DNA of 64,000 nucleotides from Rugosibacter sp. (GTDB taxonomy: Bacteria; Pseudomonadota; Gammaproteobacteria; Burkholderiales; Rhodocyclaceae). Of this stretch, positions 28,254-38,313 are shown piece after piece (position 1 is the stretch's first letter; each line of letters starts with the position of its first letter). Location: contig SCUZ01000063.1 in assembly GCA_004322535.1 (NCBI GenBank), forward strand, positions 5,021-69,020. The letters are read 5' to 3'. Below the pieces are notes generated by a model, which saw only the letters and a program-made list of their open reading frames with translations, ran no database searches and was not told the DNA's origin. Position numbers and translations under genes: made by a program.

Positions 28254-31200
28254 TCAGATTTCTGGCGCACGACGCAAGTCGAGCGTCATGGGGTAATCCG
28301 GATTGCGACCTTCACGCCTGACATGCAACGGGCCAGGGGTATGGCCGTGATTCCAGAAACGCGCCACGCGCCGTGCCTCTGCTTCATTCGCATTGACGGG
28401 GAACGTCTCGTAACTGCGCCCCCCAGGATGCACTACGTGATAAGTGCAACCGCCGATGGCACGCCCGCTCCAGGTATCGACCAGATCGAACACCAGCGGC
28501 GAATGTACGCCTATCATCGGATGCAAACCCGAAGGCGGCGCCCAGGCACGGTAACGCACGCCAGCGACATATTCACCGCGAATGCCGGTCGGGCTGAGTG
28601 GCAGCGGGCGACCATTGCAGGTAACAATATGGCGCGCGTCATTCATCTGGCGCACTTTGACCTGCAAGCGTTCCAGCGATGAATCGACGTACCGCGCCGT
28701 GCCACCAGCGCCGACTTCTTCGCCCAGCACATGCCAAGGCTCGATGGCCTGGCGCAATTCGATTTCAATATTATGCTGCACCACACTGCCAAAGCGCGGA
28801 AAACGAAATTCCAAAAACGGTGCAAACCATTCAAAATCGAAGGCATAACCGGCACGTTGTAAATCCTGGACGACATCGTGCAGATCTTGCGTGACAAAGT
28901 GCGGCAGCATGAAGCGGTCATGCAGCTCCGTGCCCCAGCGGGTCAGGCCGCCTTGATACGGTGCTTGCCAGAAACGCGCGACCAGCACCCGCAACAGCAG
29001 CATTTGCAGCAGGCTCATCTGCGCATGCGGTGGCATCTCGAACCCGCGAAATTCAAGCAGGCCCAGACGACCGGCCGAGCCATCGGGCGAATAGAGTTTA
29101 TCGATGCAGAATTCAGCGCGATGCGTGTTTCCGGACAGGTCAATCAACAAGTTGCGCAACAGGCGATCCACCAGCCAGGGCGCCAGGGTTTCCTCTCCGG
29201 GCTTTAGCCGCTCGGCCATTTGCTGAAAGGCGATTTCCAGTTCATACAGGCTCTCGTGCCGCGCCTCATCCACGCGCGGCGCCTGACTGGTCGGGCCGAT
29301 GAACATACCGGAAAACAGGTAGGACAATGCCGGATGATTCTGCCAATAGGTAATCAGGCTCATCAGCATATCCGGCCGCCGCAGGCAAGGTGAGTCAGCC
29401 GGCGTGGCTCCGCCCAGCGTGACATGATTGCCGCCACCCGTGCCGGTGTGACGGCCATCAAGCATGAATTTTTCGGTGCCCAGCCGCGTCTGCCGCGCCA
29501 ATTCATACAATGTTTCCGTATTCTCGACCAGCTCTGGCCAAGAGTGCGCCGGATGAATATTCACTTCGATCACACCGGGGTCAGGCGTGATCCTGAATAC
29601 CTTGAGGCGTGGATCGTCAGGCGGCGGATAGCCTTCGATACGTATCGGCAACGATAGCGCAGCCGCCGTTTTTTCGATGGCATCGATCAGGTCAACAAAG
29701 CTTTCCAGCAATGGCACGGGCGGCAAGAAAACATGCAGTACGCCCTCGCGCACCTCGACACACAAAGCGGTATGCACAATCTCGTGGGGCGCGTAATGCT
29801 GCTTCGCCGTTTTCAGCGGACGCGCTGCACTGTGTAGTAATGACACAACATGAAGTTCACCCGGCGTATCGAAAGGATCACGGCCAAACTCGGGCTCCTT
29901 GTCTTCAGCCGCCACCTCAGGCAAGGAAGCCAGGGGCAAACGCAGACCCAGGGGAGAATCCCCCGAAACCAGATACAGGTGCTCGCGACGTAAAGGCCAC
30001 GGACTTGAGGAAAAGTCGGCACTGGTGATACGGCGATGCTTGCCACCAGCGGACTCGCCCTCTGCCTTCGATGAAAGCAGCAGCGCCTTGAGCGGCAACA
30101 CATAGCCTGCCACTTCGCCCAACCCTTTTTCAATCAGTCCAGCAATACGACGACGTTCACTGTCCAGCTTCAAATCAGTTGATAACGGATCAAAATTCTC
30201 TGGCCAACGCTGTTCCTGATCAATAGCATGAACCACATCCTCATAGGCCGGAATCACAAATCCGGTATCCAGCCCGAGTAATTTCGCGAGATGATGAATA
30301 AAGCGTTGCGCATCCCGCACGTTATGTTGTTTAGCGCCCGCCGTTACCGCCGTGGTTGCCAGCAGTTTCGGCTCATACCACAGCGGATTGCCGTCAACAC
30401 GCCAGTAGCAGCCCAGCGCCCAACGCGGCAGCGGCTCGCCGGGATACCACTTGCCCTGACCGAAATGCAGCAGCGCACCGGGTGCCAGCGTGTCCTTCAG
30501 GCGCACGAGCAACTCGCGCGATAACCCGCTTTTCTTTTCTGACAACGCGGTGAAGTTCCATTCCATGCCTTCCATATCGTCGATAGAAATAAAAGTGGGC
30601 TCACCACCCATCGTGAGCCTGACATCATTTTTCTTCAGCTCGGTATCCACCTGATGGCCAAGATCTTGAATCGCCTGCCATTGCACGTCGGTATAGGGCT
30701 TGGTGACACGTGGATCCTCATGAATGCGAGTGATCTGCATGGAAAAATCAAAGTGGGCTTCGCACTTTCCAGTCGCGCCAATCACCGGTGCAGCAGACGC
30801 CGGCATGGCGGTACATGCCAATGGAATATGGCCTTCGCCAGCTAACAGACCGGAGGTCGCATCAAGGCCAATCCAGCCAGCGCCAGGGATATATACCTCC
30901 GCCCAAGCATGCAGATCAGTGAAATCGACGGTTGTGCCGGACGGGCCATCAAGCGCCTTCATATCAGACACCAGTTGAATCAAATAACCCGAAGCAAAGC
31001 GCGCCGCCAGTCCGTAATGCCGCATCGCCTGCACAAGCAACCAGGCAGAATCGCGGCAGGAACCGCGTTTCAAATCAAGCGTCTGTTCGGGCGTCTGCAC
31101 CCCCGGCTCCAGACGCACGATATAGGCAATGTCGCGTTGCACACGCTGGTTGATCGCCACCAGCATGTCAATAGTACGCATTTTCTGGCTCAACAGATCG

Positions 31201-31607
31201 CTGCGGGAACTCGCCAGCCATGCATTGAACACTGGCGTCAGTGGCTCGGTTTCGAGATATGGCGCCAGCTCGCGCTTCAAGTCAGCCGAGTAGTCAAAGG
31301 GGAAATGCTCGGCATCCTCGGCCATGAAAAAGTCGAAGGGATTGATCACCGTCATGTCAGCCACCAGGTCAACGGTAATTTCCAGCGCTTCCGTATCCTC
31401 AGGGAAAACCACGCGGGCTACCCAGTTGCCGAAAGGATCCTGCTGCCAGTTAATGAAATGTTCAGCCGGCTGTATATTCAGGGAATAGCTGAGAATCGGC
31501 GTGCGGCTATGCGCTGCAGGACGCAGTCGAATTTCGTGCGGCCAAAGTTTGACCGCACAGTCAAAACGATAAATGCTCTGATGGTTCAAGGCAACGCGTA
31601 TCGTCAT
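28254..31607 (-). CDS. Giant transglutaminase-family protein (Bact_transglu_N + transglutaminase core + DUF2126-like)
   Basis: 1117 aa, with N-terminal MTIRVALNHQSIYRFD..PHEIRLRPA and the core Cys motif RGSCRDSAWLLVQAMR. Confidence 0.85.
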   Translation of the reverse strand: MTIRVALNHQSIYRFDCAVKLWPHEIRLRPAAHSRTPILSYSLNIQPAEHFINWQQDPFGNWVARVVFPEDTEALEITVDLVADMTVINPFDFFMAEDAEHFPFDYSADLKRELAPYLETEPLTPVFNAWLASSRSDLLSQKMRTIDMLVAINQRVQRDIAYIVRLEPGVQTPEQTLDLKRGSCRDSAWLLVQAMRHYGLAARFASGYLIQLVSDMKALDGPSGTTVDFTDLHAWAEVYIPGAGWIGLDATSGLLAGEGHIPLACTAMPASAAPVIGATGKCEAHFDFSMQITRIHEDPRVTKPYTDVQWQAIQDLGHQVDTELKKNDVRLTMGGEPTFISIDDMEGMEWNFTALSEKKSGLSRELLVRLKDTLAPGALLHFGQGKWYPGEPLPRWALGCYWRVDGNPLWYEPKLLATTAVTAGAKQHNVRDAQRFIHHLAKLLGLDTGFVIPAYEDVVHAIDQEQRWPENFDPLSTDLKLDSERRRIAGLIEKGLGEVAGYVLPLKALLLSSKAEGESAGGKHRRITSADFSSSPWPLRREHLYLVSGDSPLGLRLPLASLPEVAAEDKEPEFGRDPFDTPGELHVVSLLHSAARPLKTAKQHYAPHEIVHTALCVEVREGVLHVFLPPVPLLESFVDLIDAIEKTAAALSLPIRIEGYPPPDDPRLKVFRITPDPGVIEVNIHPAHSWPELVENTETLYELARQTRLGTEKFMLDGRHTGTGGGNHVTLGGATPADSPCLRRPDMLMSLITYWQNHPALSYLFSGMFIGPTSQAPRVDEARHESLYELEIAFQQMAERLKPGEETLAPWLVDRLLRNLLIDLSGNTHRAEFCIDKLYSPDGSAGRLGLLEFRGFEMPPHAQMSLLQMLLLRVLVARFWQAPYQGGLTRWGTELHDRFMLPHFVTQDLHDVVQDLQRAGYAFDFEWFAPFLEFRFPRFGSVVQHNIEIELRQAIEPWHVLGEEVGAGGTARYVDSSLERLQVKVRQMNDARHIVTCNGRPLPLSPTGIRGEYVAGVRYRAWAPPSGLHPMIGVHSPLVFDLVDTWSGRAIGGCTYHVVHPGGRSYETFPVNANEAEARRVARFWNHGHTPGPLHVRREGRNPDYPMTLDLRRAPEI
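28695..28719 (-). repeat. 25-nt dispersed repeat, reverse copy, 22/25
   Basis: cgccgtgccaccagcgccgacttct. Inside the transglutaminase gene (EEVGAGGTA). Confidence 0.75.
30011..30035 (+). repeat. 25-nt dispersed repeat, forward copy, 24/25
   Basis: aaaagtcggcactggtgatacggcg. Inside the transglutaminase gene (RRITSADF). Confidence 0.9.
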
Positions 31608-31674
31608 CCAGCATTCTCCACAGCGTCGCTGCTAGAGGCAAAATCAGGCAGCCTCAAGCAAACTCAGCGCGTTA

Positions 31675-32403
31675 TCAATTCCATTCAAAATTCGGCAACT
31701 GCGCAAAAGCGCGGCGCACGCCTTCATTCCAGCTCTGACTCAAGGTGCGCATATAGGAATCGTTTTCATCAAAACGACGGGAATGCAATAAACGCAGCGT
31801 ATCCCGCTCGTAGCAAGCAAGATCAATCGGCAAGCCAACGGTCAGGTTTGAGCGCATGGTCGAATCGAACGACACGAGCACACATTTGATCGCATCATCA
31901 AGGCTGGTACCCGCTGCAATCACACGGTCAATAATCGGCTTGCCATATTTCACTTCACCAATCTGGAAATATGGCGCCTCCGGCATTGCCTCGATAAAGT
32001 TACCCTCGGCATACACCATGAAAAGACGCTGCGTTTCGCCCGCAATTTGTCCGCCGACGATGAAGTTAGCACCAGAATCAATGTTGTTTTCCATGAGAAA
32101 CGGGCCATCGCGGTGGCGCACTTCGCGCAGCGACGCCCCAACCAGTTCGGCCACATCGTACATTGACTGAACACTCATCAGATGGGGCTCGGTATTACGC
32201 CGGATCGCTTGCTCCAGATGGTTAATGGTGGCTTGCGTCACCGCCAGATTACCGGAGTTAACAATCATCAGCACCCGCTCACCGGGCTGCTCGAATATTT
32301 TCATTTTGCGAAACGTGGAAATATTGTCCACACCGGCATTAGTCCTCGAATCGGAGGCAAAAACAAACCCGGCGTCAATCATGGTGGCAACACAATAAGT
32401 CAT
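31675..32403 (-). CDS. Anbu (proteasome-type Ntn peptidase, 'ancestral beta subunit')
   Basis: Starts MTYCVATMIDAGFVFASDSRTNAG, with Thr directly after Met as the Ntn nucleophile; 242 aa. The 15-aa extension in the track is rejected. Confidence 0.8.
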   Translation of the reverse strand: MTYCVATMIDAGFVFASDSRTNAGVDNISTFRKMKIFEQPGERVLMIVNSGNLAVTQATINHLEQAIRRNTEPHLMSVQSMYDVAELVGASLREVRHRDGPFLMENNIDSGANFIVGGQIAGETQRLFMVYAEGNFIEAMPEAPYFQIGEVKYGKPIIDRVIAAGTSLDDAIKCVLVSFDSTMRSNLTVGLPIDLACYERDTLRLLHSRRFDENDSYMRTLSQSWNEGVRRAFAQLPNFEWN

Positions 32404-32481
32404 GGCAAAATCTTGGTTCAGGAAAAAATGACAAACATAGCGGAACACCAGCAGAACGGCAAGCCCAAAGGCACATCTTCG

Positions 32482-33426
32482 TCATTCATCAGTAGACCAG
32501 AAATACGTTGTATTGATCAAGTCACCCAACTCATAGATACGCGCCAGAAACTCGTTCAGATATTCGTGCAAGCCCTTATCGAAAATGCCATCGACGGTAC
32601 CAAAGCGCAACTCGGCTTGCAGCAGCCCGCAGCGACGCGATAGCTCGCCGGATCGTGGGCCAGTGATTTGCCGCACCAGCCGATCGACTTCCTGCATACA
32701 GGCTGCCAGCGAACGCGGCATATCGGCACGCAAGACCAGCAACTCAGCCACCCGCATCGGCGTGATTACATCCCGATAGGTTTTGCGATAAGCTTCAAAA
32801 GACGACACCGAGCGTAACAGGGCGCTCCATTGATAGTAATCAACAGCGCCACCAACATCGGTCAGGCTCGGCAGCAAGACGTGATATTTCACATCGAGAA
32901 TGCGCGCCGTGTTGTCCGCACGTTCAAGAAATGTGCCCAGCCGCAAGAAATGGAACGCCTCGTCCTGCAGCAAAGTGCCGTAGGTAATCCCGCGCGACAA
33001 ATGTGAGCGCTCCTTGACCCACTCAAAAAAATCAGAAATGCCATCTTCAGAAATACCCCGCGCCTGCCTTTCGCGCATATCCAGCCAGGTGTGATTAAGT
33101 GCCTCCCACATTTCCGAGGTAATCGCCCCGCGCACGGCGCGGGCATTTTCTCGCGCCTTGTTGATGCTACTAAAAATACTGCCCGGGTTCTTTTCGTCAA
33201 GCGTCATGAAATGCATGACGTTCGCCGGGATGACTTCCGGGTAGCGCGCTTCATACTCTTCGTGCAAGCCACTGATCGACAACATCGCGCACCACTCGTT
33301 AAACACATCCATGGAATGCTTGAGCAGCGACATACGATACGTCACGTCCAGCATCCGCGCCGTATTTTCGGCACGTTCCATGCTGCGTGCCATCCAGAAC
33401 AAATGATCAGCAGTTGATGAGAGCAT
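32482..33426 (-). CDS. Alpha-E domain protein (DUF403)
   Basis: MLSSTADHLFWMARSMERAENTARMLDV, typical of alpha-E; 314 aa, all-helical. Confidence 0.8.
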   Translation of the reverse strand: MLSSTADHLFWMARSMERAENTARMLDVTYRMSLLKHSMDVFNEWCAMLSISGLHEEYEARYPEVIPANVMHFMTLDEKNPGSIFSSINKARENARAVRGAITSEMWEALNHTWLDMRERQARGISEDGISDFFEWVKERSHLSRGITYGTLLQDEAFHFLRLGTFLERADNTARILDVKYHVLLPSLTDVGGAVDYYQWSALLRSVSSFEAYRKTYRDVITPMRVAELLVLRADMPRSLAACMQEVDRLVRQITGPRSGELSRRCGLLQAELRFGTVDGIFDKGLHEYLNEFLARIYELGDLINTTYFWSTDE

Positions 33427-33427
33427 C

Positions 33428-34843
33428 TCAGTTCTCCAGTACCCAGGTGTCCTTGGTACCCCCGCCCTGCGAAGAATTCACCACGAGCGACCCCTCTTTA
33501 AGTGCAACACGGGTCAGCCCACCAGGCACCATCGTGATATCCTTGCCAGACAGCACAAACGGCCGCAAATCAATATGCCGTGGCGCAATGCCGCTCTCGA
33601 CAAAAGTTGGGCAGGTTGATAGAGCCAAAGTCGGCTGCGCAATGTAGCGAGCCGGTTCAGCAATAATTTTTTCGCGGAATAAACGGATTTCCTCTTTGCT
33701 CGCCGCAGGCCCCACCAGCATGCCGTAGCCGCCGGAGCCGTGCACTTCCTTGACCACCAGTTCGCTTAGATGCTCGAGTACATGCTGTAACTCCTGCGAC
33801 TTGCTCAGATCATGCGTTGGCACATTAGAAAGAATCGGCTCCTCGTCGCAATAGAAACGAATCATTTCGGGAACATGGATATACATGGCTTTATCGTCGG
33901 CAATGCCTGTTCCAACCGCATTAGCCAAGGTCACACGGCCCGCGCGATAGGCGGCAAACAGGCCCGGCACACCGAGCGCGGAATCCTTGCGGAAAGCCAG
34001 CGGATCAAGAAAATCGTCATCAATGCGGCGATAAATCACATGCACCCGGCGCGGCCCGTGCGTGGTGCGCATGAACACGGTGTCATCCTGGACGAAAAGA
34101 TCGTGCCCCTCCACCAGTTCAACGCCCATCTGCTGCGCCAGAAACGCGTGCTCAAAATAAGCGCTGTTGAATTGGCCCGGCGTCATCACCACCACATTCG
34201 GATAGCTTTCGTTATCCGGTGCGACAGAACGCAAATTGTCGAGTAACAAATCGGGATAATGCTCGACCGGCGCAATCGCCTGACGGGAAAATAGCTCGGG
34301 GAACAACCGCATCATCATTTTGCGGTCTTCGAGCATGTAGGAAACGCCTGATGGCGTGCGCAGGTTATCTTCAAGCACGTAATACTCGCCCTCTCCCGCC
34401 CGCACCAGATCAATGCCCGCAATGTGTGCATAAATATTACCCGGCACGTCGACGCCAAGCATTTCTTTGCGGTACTGCGCATTGCCGAGGATCTGCTGCG
34501 CCGGAATACGACCTGCCTTGATAATGTTCTGGTCGTGATACACATCATGCAAAAAGGCATTCAGCGCCTTGGCGCGCTGGCGCAAGCCAGCCTCGATTTG
34601 TCGCCATTCATGGGCAGCAATAATGCGCGGCACGATGTCGAAGGGTATCAGGCGTTCCGCACCGGAATTATCCGCCCCATATACAGCAAAGGTGATGCCG
34701 ACCCGGTGAAAAGCCAAATCCGCTTCGCGGCGCTTGCGCGCAATCACCTCAGGCAACGTCGATTCGAGCCAATTGGCAAAGCTTTTGTAACTGGCGCGAA
34801 CACCACCATCAGCGTCACGCATTTCGTCATAGATGAATTTCAT
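33428..34843 (-). CDS. Circularly permuted ATP-grasp type 2 protein (DUF404/DUF407)
   Basis: MKFIYDEMRDADGGVRASYKSFANWL ... GSGGYGMLVGP. Its stop is 1 nt from the alpha-E start. Start moved to ATG 34843. Confidence 0.8.
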   Translation of the reverse strand: MKFIYDEMRDADGGVRASYKSFANWLESTLPEVIARKRREADLAFHRVGITFAVYGADNSGAERLIPFDIVPRIIAAHEWRQIEAGLRQRAKALNAFLHDVYHDQNIIKAGRIPAQQILGNAQYRKEMLGVDVPGNIYAHIAGIDLVRAGEGEYYVLEDNLRTPSGVSYMLEDRKMMMRLFPELFSRQAIAPVEHYPDLLLDNLRSVAPDNESYPNVVVMTPGQFNSAYFEHAFLAQQMGVELVEGHDLFVQDDTVFMRTTHGPRRVHVIYRRIDDDFLDPLAFRKDSALGVPGLFAAYRAGRVTLANAVGTGIADDKAMYIHVPEMIRFYCDEEPILSNVPTHDLSKSQELQHVLEHLSELVVKEVHGSGGYGMLVGPAASKEEIRLFREKIIAEPARYIAQPTLALSTCPTFVESGIAPRHIDLRPFVLSGKDITMVPGGLTRVALKEGSLVVNSSQGGGTKDTWVLEN

Positions 34844-35062
34844 ATCGGTAGACGGTAAAGTTATTACCTTGCTCAAGCAGAGTTCATGCCACACCTGAAA
34901 CAGTGAATGTCTCAGGTATTTTTCCCCTTTCTCGCCTCAGACTGCACCTTGACAGCGCACCACGCCGCACTTTGGTGCAGCACCTTATCCGCAGCAAAGC
35001 AATGGAGTGCGCGCACAAAAAAATTTGCATGCTGTCTCTTGCTTAACACCTAAAATCACACA

Positions 35063-35575
35063 ATGCGGTTTATTTTCTCTTGCCTGCTCAGCTTGAGCGC
35101 TCACCTTGCATTGCTGCTCGCCCTGACATGGCTTTCCGATACGCCAGCACCCTTACCTTTGAACGTACCCATCAAAGCCACGCTGCGCCATGCGTCTGTT
35201 GCACTGAGCACTTTAGCCGACACAAAGACCAGCGCCCCGAAAAACCCCGCGACACGCAATCCGTCGACACTGCCCCTGCCACTCACAACCAAATCAGCGC
35301 CGAAAAACCTTCCGGGCCCTTCCCTGCGTCGCGCACAAGCCATGCTCTCGAAACATCTGTTTTATCCGCCACTCGCTGTAACCCAAGGGTTGGAAGGCGA
35401 AGTCGTGCTCTTGCTGACGCTGGATGCTACCGGCCAGATCCGTGCCCTGGCAATTGCCAAGAGCTCGGGTCATGTGCTGCTTGATGACGCGGCGCTCGAT
35501 GCCGTACGCCATGTCGGGGCCTTGCCCGGCAACCCGCACCAGACCCTGTTACCTGTCACTTTCCGCTTACAGTAA
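35063..35575 (+). CDS. TonB C-terminal-domain protein
   Basis: N-terminal anchor, a Pro-rich spacer and the C-terminal YPPLAVTQGLEGEVVLLLTLDATGQI...LLDDAALDAV. Confidence 0.75.
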   Translation: MRFIFSCLLSLSAHLALLLALTWLSDTPAPLPLNVPIKATLRHASVALSTLADTKTSAPKNPATRNPSTLPLPLTTKSAPKNLPGPSLRRAQAMLSKHLFYPPLAVTQGLEGEVVLLLTLDATGQIRALAIAKSSGHVLLDDAALDAVRHVGALPGNPHQTLLPVTFRLQ

Positions 35576-36322
35576 TCACACCGGATTGTCGATGTCGATA
35601 AATTCGCATTCAATACCGCAAGTTTTGTTCAGCTGTGCCGCCAAGGCCATCACGCCATAACGTTCGGTCGCATGGTGACCTGCTGCCAGATACGCCATAC
35701 CGGTTTCGCGCGCCAGATGCACCGTCTGCTCGGAGATTTCGCCGGAAACAAAAATATCGGCACCCGTCGCCAATGCTTCTTCAAAATAACTCTGCGCGCC
35801 GCCGGTACACCAGGCGATGCGTTTTATCGGACGAGTCGCTTCGCCTATCAACAAAGGTGTGCGCCCTAAGCTGCGCTCAACGACAGCAGCCAAATCACCC
35901 GCAAAAGTCGGCGCTGGCGGGACGCCGAAAAAGCCAATGTCCTGCTCGCTAAATCGCCCTTCGATCGTCCAACCCAGACGTGCCGCAAGTTGCGCATTAT
36001 TGCCCAGCGTCGGGTGAGCATCCAGCGGCAGGTGGTAAGCAAAAAGACTCATGTCAGTAGCAAGCAAGCTCGCCAGCCGCTGACGACGATAACCGGTAAT
36101 ACGACCATCTTCACCTTTCCAAAACCAGCCGTGATGCACCAGCAGGGCATCGGCCTGACGTTTAACCGCCGCATCAACCAGCGCTTGGCTTGCCGTGACA
36201 CCACAAACAACGCGGCGCACTTCTTCCCTGCCTTCCACTTGCAAGCCATTTGGGCAATAATCGCGAAAGCGTGCGGCCTCAAGCAGCCCGTCAAGAGTCA
36301 TCCGTAGTTCCTCACGCTGCAT
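35576..36322 (-). CDS. Nif3-like dinuclear metal-center protein (YbgI family)
   Basis: DYCPNGLQVEG ... LLVHHG ... LPLDAHP ... GHHATERYG. The start is ambiguous (36322, 36340 or 36301); 36322 matches the YbgI N-terminal length. Confidence 0.85.
   Translation of the reverse strand: MQREELRMTLDGLLEAARFRDYCPNGLQVEGREEVRRVVCGVTASQALVDAAVKRQADALLVHHGWFWKGEDGRITGYRRQRLASLLATDMSLFAYHLPLDAHPTLGNNAQLAARLGWTIEGRFSEQDIGFFGVPPAPTFAGDLAAVVERSLGRTPLLIGEATRPIKRIAWCTGGAQSYFEEALATGADIFVSGEISEQTVHLARETGMAYLAAGHHATERYGVMALAAQLNKTCGIECEFIDIDNPV
35903..35927 (+). repeat. 25-nt dispersed repeat, forward copy, 21/25
   Basis: aaaagtcggcgctggcgggacgccg. Inside nif3 (VPPAPTF). Confidence 0.7.
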
Positions 36323-36346
36323 TGTTTTCAACCTTTTCATTACCAA

Positions 36347-37531
36347 ATGAGCTTAATTATGCGCCGTCTCTGGCTTACCTTCGCCCAAACCATCACTGTT
36401 TGTATCGCGCTTTTATTCACGATTAAAACACTCAAGCCCGAATGGCTGGCTTACTGGCCGAATTTATCGTCCTTGCCCGCGCCATCGGCCACAGTCGTCG
36501 AGGCCCCAGTGAGCCTTGCGCACCGCCCGGGCTCCTACGCCGATGCTGCGCAAAAAGCCTTGCCCGCAGTGGTCCATGTGTATACCAGCCAAGACATCAA
36601 GATACCGCGCCACCCCTTGCAGGACGATCCCGTATTTCGTCATTTCTTTGGTGATCGCCTGGGTGAAGGCTCTGAGCGCCGGTCTGGCCTGGGCAGTGGG
36701 GTGGTGGTCTCGCCCGAGGGTTATATTCTGACTAATTTCCATGTCGTTAATGGCGCAGATGAAATTGAAGTCGCGAGCAACGATGGGCACAAATACAAAG
36801 CGCAGGTGGTGGGTTCAGACCCTGAATCCGACTTGGCAGTTCTGCGCATTCCAGCCGACCATAAGCTGCCGGTGATTACCTTTGGGAATAGCGATACGTT
36901 GCGCGTAGGTGACATTGTGTTGGCCATCGGCAATCCATTCGGCGTGGGGCAAACCGTCACCTCAGGCATTGTGTCTGCACTTGGCCGATCACACCTGGGC
37001 ATCAACACGTTTGAAAATTTCATTCAGACAGACGCAGCGATTAATCCGGGTAATTCAGGCGGCGCGTTAATTGATACGAATGGCAATCTGGTCGGCATCA
37101 ATACCGCGATTTATTCGCAAAGTGGCGGCTCGATGGGCATTGGCTTTGCCATCCCGGTATCGCTGGCTAAAAACATCATGGAAGAAATCGTGAAAAACGG
37201 TGTAGTCACCCGGGGCTGGATTGGTGTTGAAGTGCAAGAGATCACGCCAGAACTGGCGGAGTCATTCAAGCTGCCCAACGCCGAAGGTGCGCTGATTGCG
37301 GGTGTTGTGCGCGGTGCACCGGCCGAGCGGGCCGGCATTCAGCCAGGTGATGTGCTGCTTGATGTGGCGGGCAAACCCGTGAAAGATTCCCAAGCGATGC
37401 TCGGTCTCATCGCGACGCTTGAACCCGGGAAAATCGCTCGCCTCAAGCTAATGCGCGCGGGTAAAACCTTCAATGCGGATGTCACTATCAACCGGCGTCC
37501 GAAACCGCCGGCTGAGGAAAACCCGCAATAA
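36347..37531 (+). CDS. DegS/AlgW-type periplasmic serine endoprotease (single PDZ)
   Basis: N-terminal TM, TNFHVV (His), the Asp region, GNSGGAL (Ser), and one PDZ domain. Confidence 0.88.
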   Translation: MSLIMRRLWLTFAQTITVCIALLFTIKTLKPEWLAYWPNLSSLPAPSATVVEAPVSLAHRPGSYADAAQKALPAVVHVYTSQDIKIPRHPLQDDPVFRHFFGDRLGEGSERRSGLGSGVVVSPEGYILTNFHVVNGADEIEVASNDGHKYKAQVVGSDPESDLAVLRIPADHKLPVITFGNSDTLRVGDIVLAIGNPFGVGQTVTSGIVSALGRSHLGINTFENFIQTDAAINPGNSGGALIDTNGNLVGINTAIYSQSGGSMGIGFAIPVSLAKNIMEEIVKNGVVTRGWIGVEVQEITPELAESFKLPNAEGALIAGVVRGAPAERAGIQPGDVLLDVAGKPVKDSQAMLGLIATLEPGKIARLKLMRAGKTFNADVTINRRPKPPAEENPQ

Positions 37532-37566
37532 ATCCTATCGCCCTATACGACTTTAAGGTTGATACT

Positions 37567-38313
37567 TTATGGCGAGCTATCGCCCGAAGTAGCCAGCGCA
37601 GGCTGGGTGATGAAGCTTGCCATGAAAACACCGACTTCAAACAACAACCACATAGGCAAAGCCATCATGAGTTGTGAGATGACATCGGGCGGCGTAAAAA
37701 TTGCACCCACCACAAACGCCCCAACGATGACATAAGGTCGCCATTCACGCAGTTTTTCAACGCGCACAAACCCCATTTTGACCAGCACGATGACGATCAC
37801 CGGCACCTCAAACGTGGCACCAAAAGCAAGAAACATGGTGAGCACAAATGAAAAATATTTCTCAATATCCGTCATCCACGAAACACCCACCGGAGCGAAC
37901 TTCGCCATAAAGCCAAAAACCATGGGGAAAAATGCAAAGTAGGCAAACGCCATTCCCGTGAAAAAGAGCAAGACGGAGGCAATTAACATTGGCACGGCAA
38001 ATTTCTTTTCGTGGGCATATAACCCCGGCGCAACAAACGCCCAGATCTGATACAGAACATACGGCAGCACCACAAGAAAGGAAACCACCAGCGCTACTTT
38101 CATCGGCACTAGAAATACACCGACAACATCGGTGGCGATCATGGTGCCACCCACTGGCAAAACGTGCAAGAGCGGTGCTGCCAGCAGCGAATAAAGCTCT
38201 CGCGCGAAAAATGCCATGGGAACAAAAACAATCAGCACGGCAATCAATATGCGAATCAGCCGATTGCGTAATTCAACCAGATGTGACAGAAAACTTTCCT
38301 GATCTTCCAGCAT
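37567..38313 (-). CDS. tatC: Twin-arginine translocase subunit TatC
   Basis: SFLSHLVELRNRL; 6 TM segments; 248 aa. Confidence 0.93.
   Translation of the reverse strand: MLEDQESFLSHLVELRNRLIRILIAVLIVFVPMAFFARELYSLLAAPLLHVLPVGGTMIATDVVGVFLVPMKVALVVSFLVVLPYVLYQIWAFVAPGLYAHEKKFAVPMLIASVLLFFTGMAFAYFAFFPMVFGFMAKFAPVGVSWMTDIEKYFSFVLTMFLAFGATFEVPVIVIVLVKMGFVRVEKLREWRPYVIVGAFVVGAIFTPPDVISQLMMALPMWLLFEVGVFMASFITQPALATSGDSSP

Noticed and set aside
28194-28682. 162-aa ORF beginning MLLLLLLLLLSFH.
   Set aside because: The poly-Leu run is simply the (CTGTTG)n microsatellite read in frame. The rest is antisense to the transglutaminase gene.
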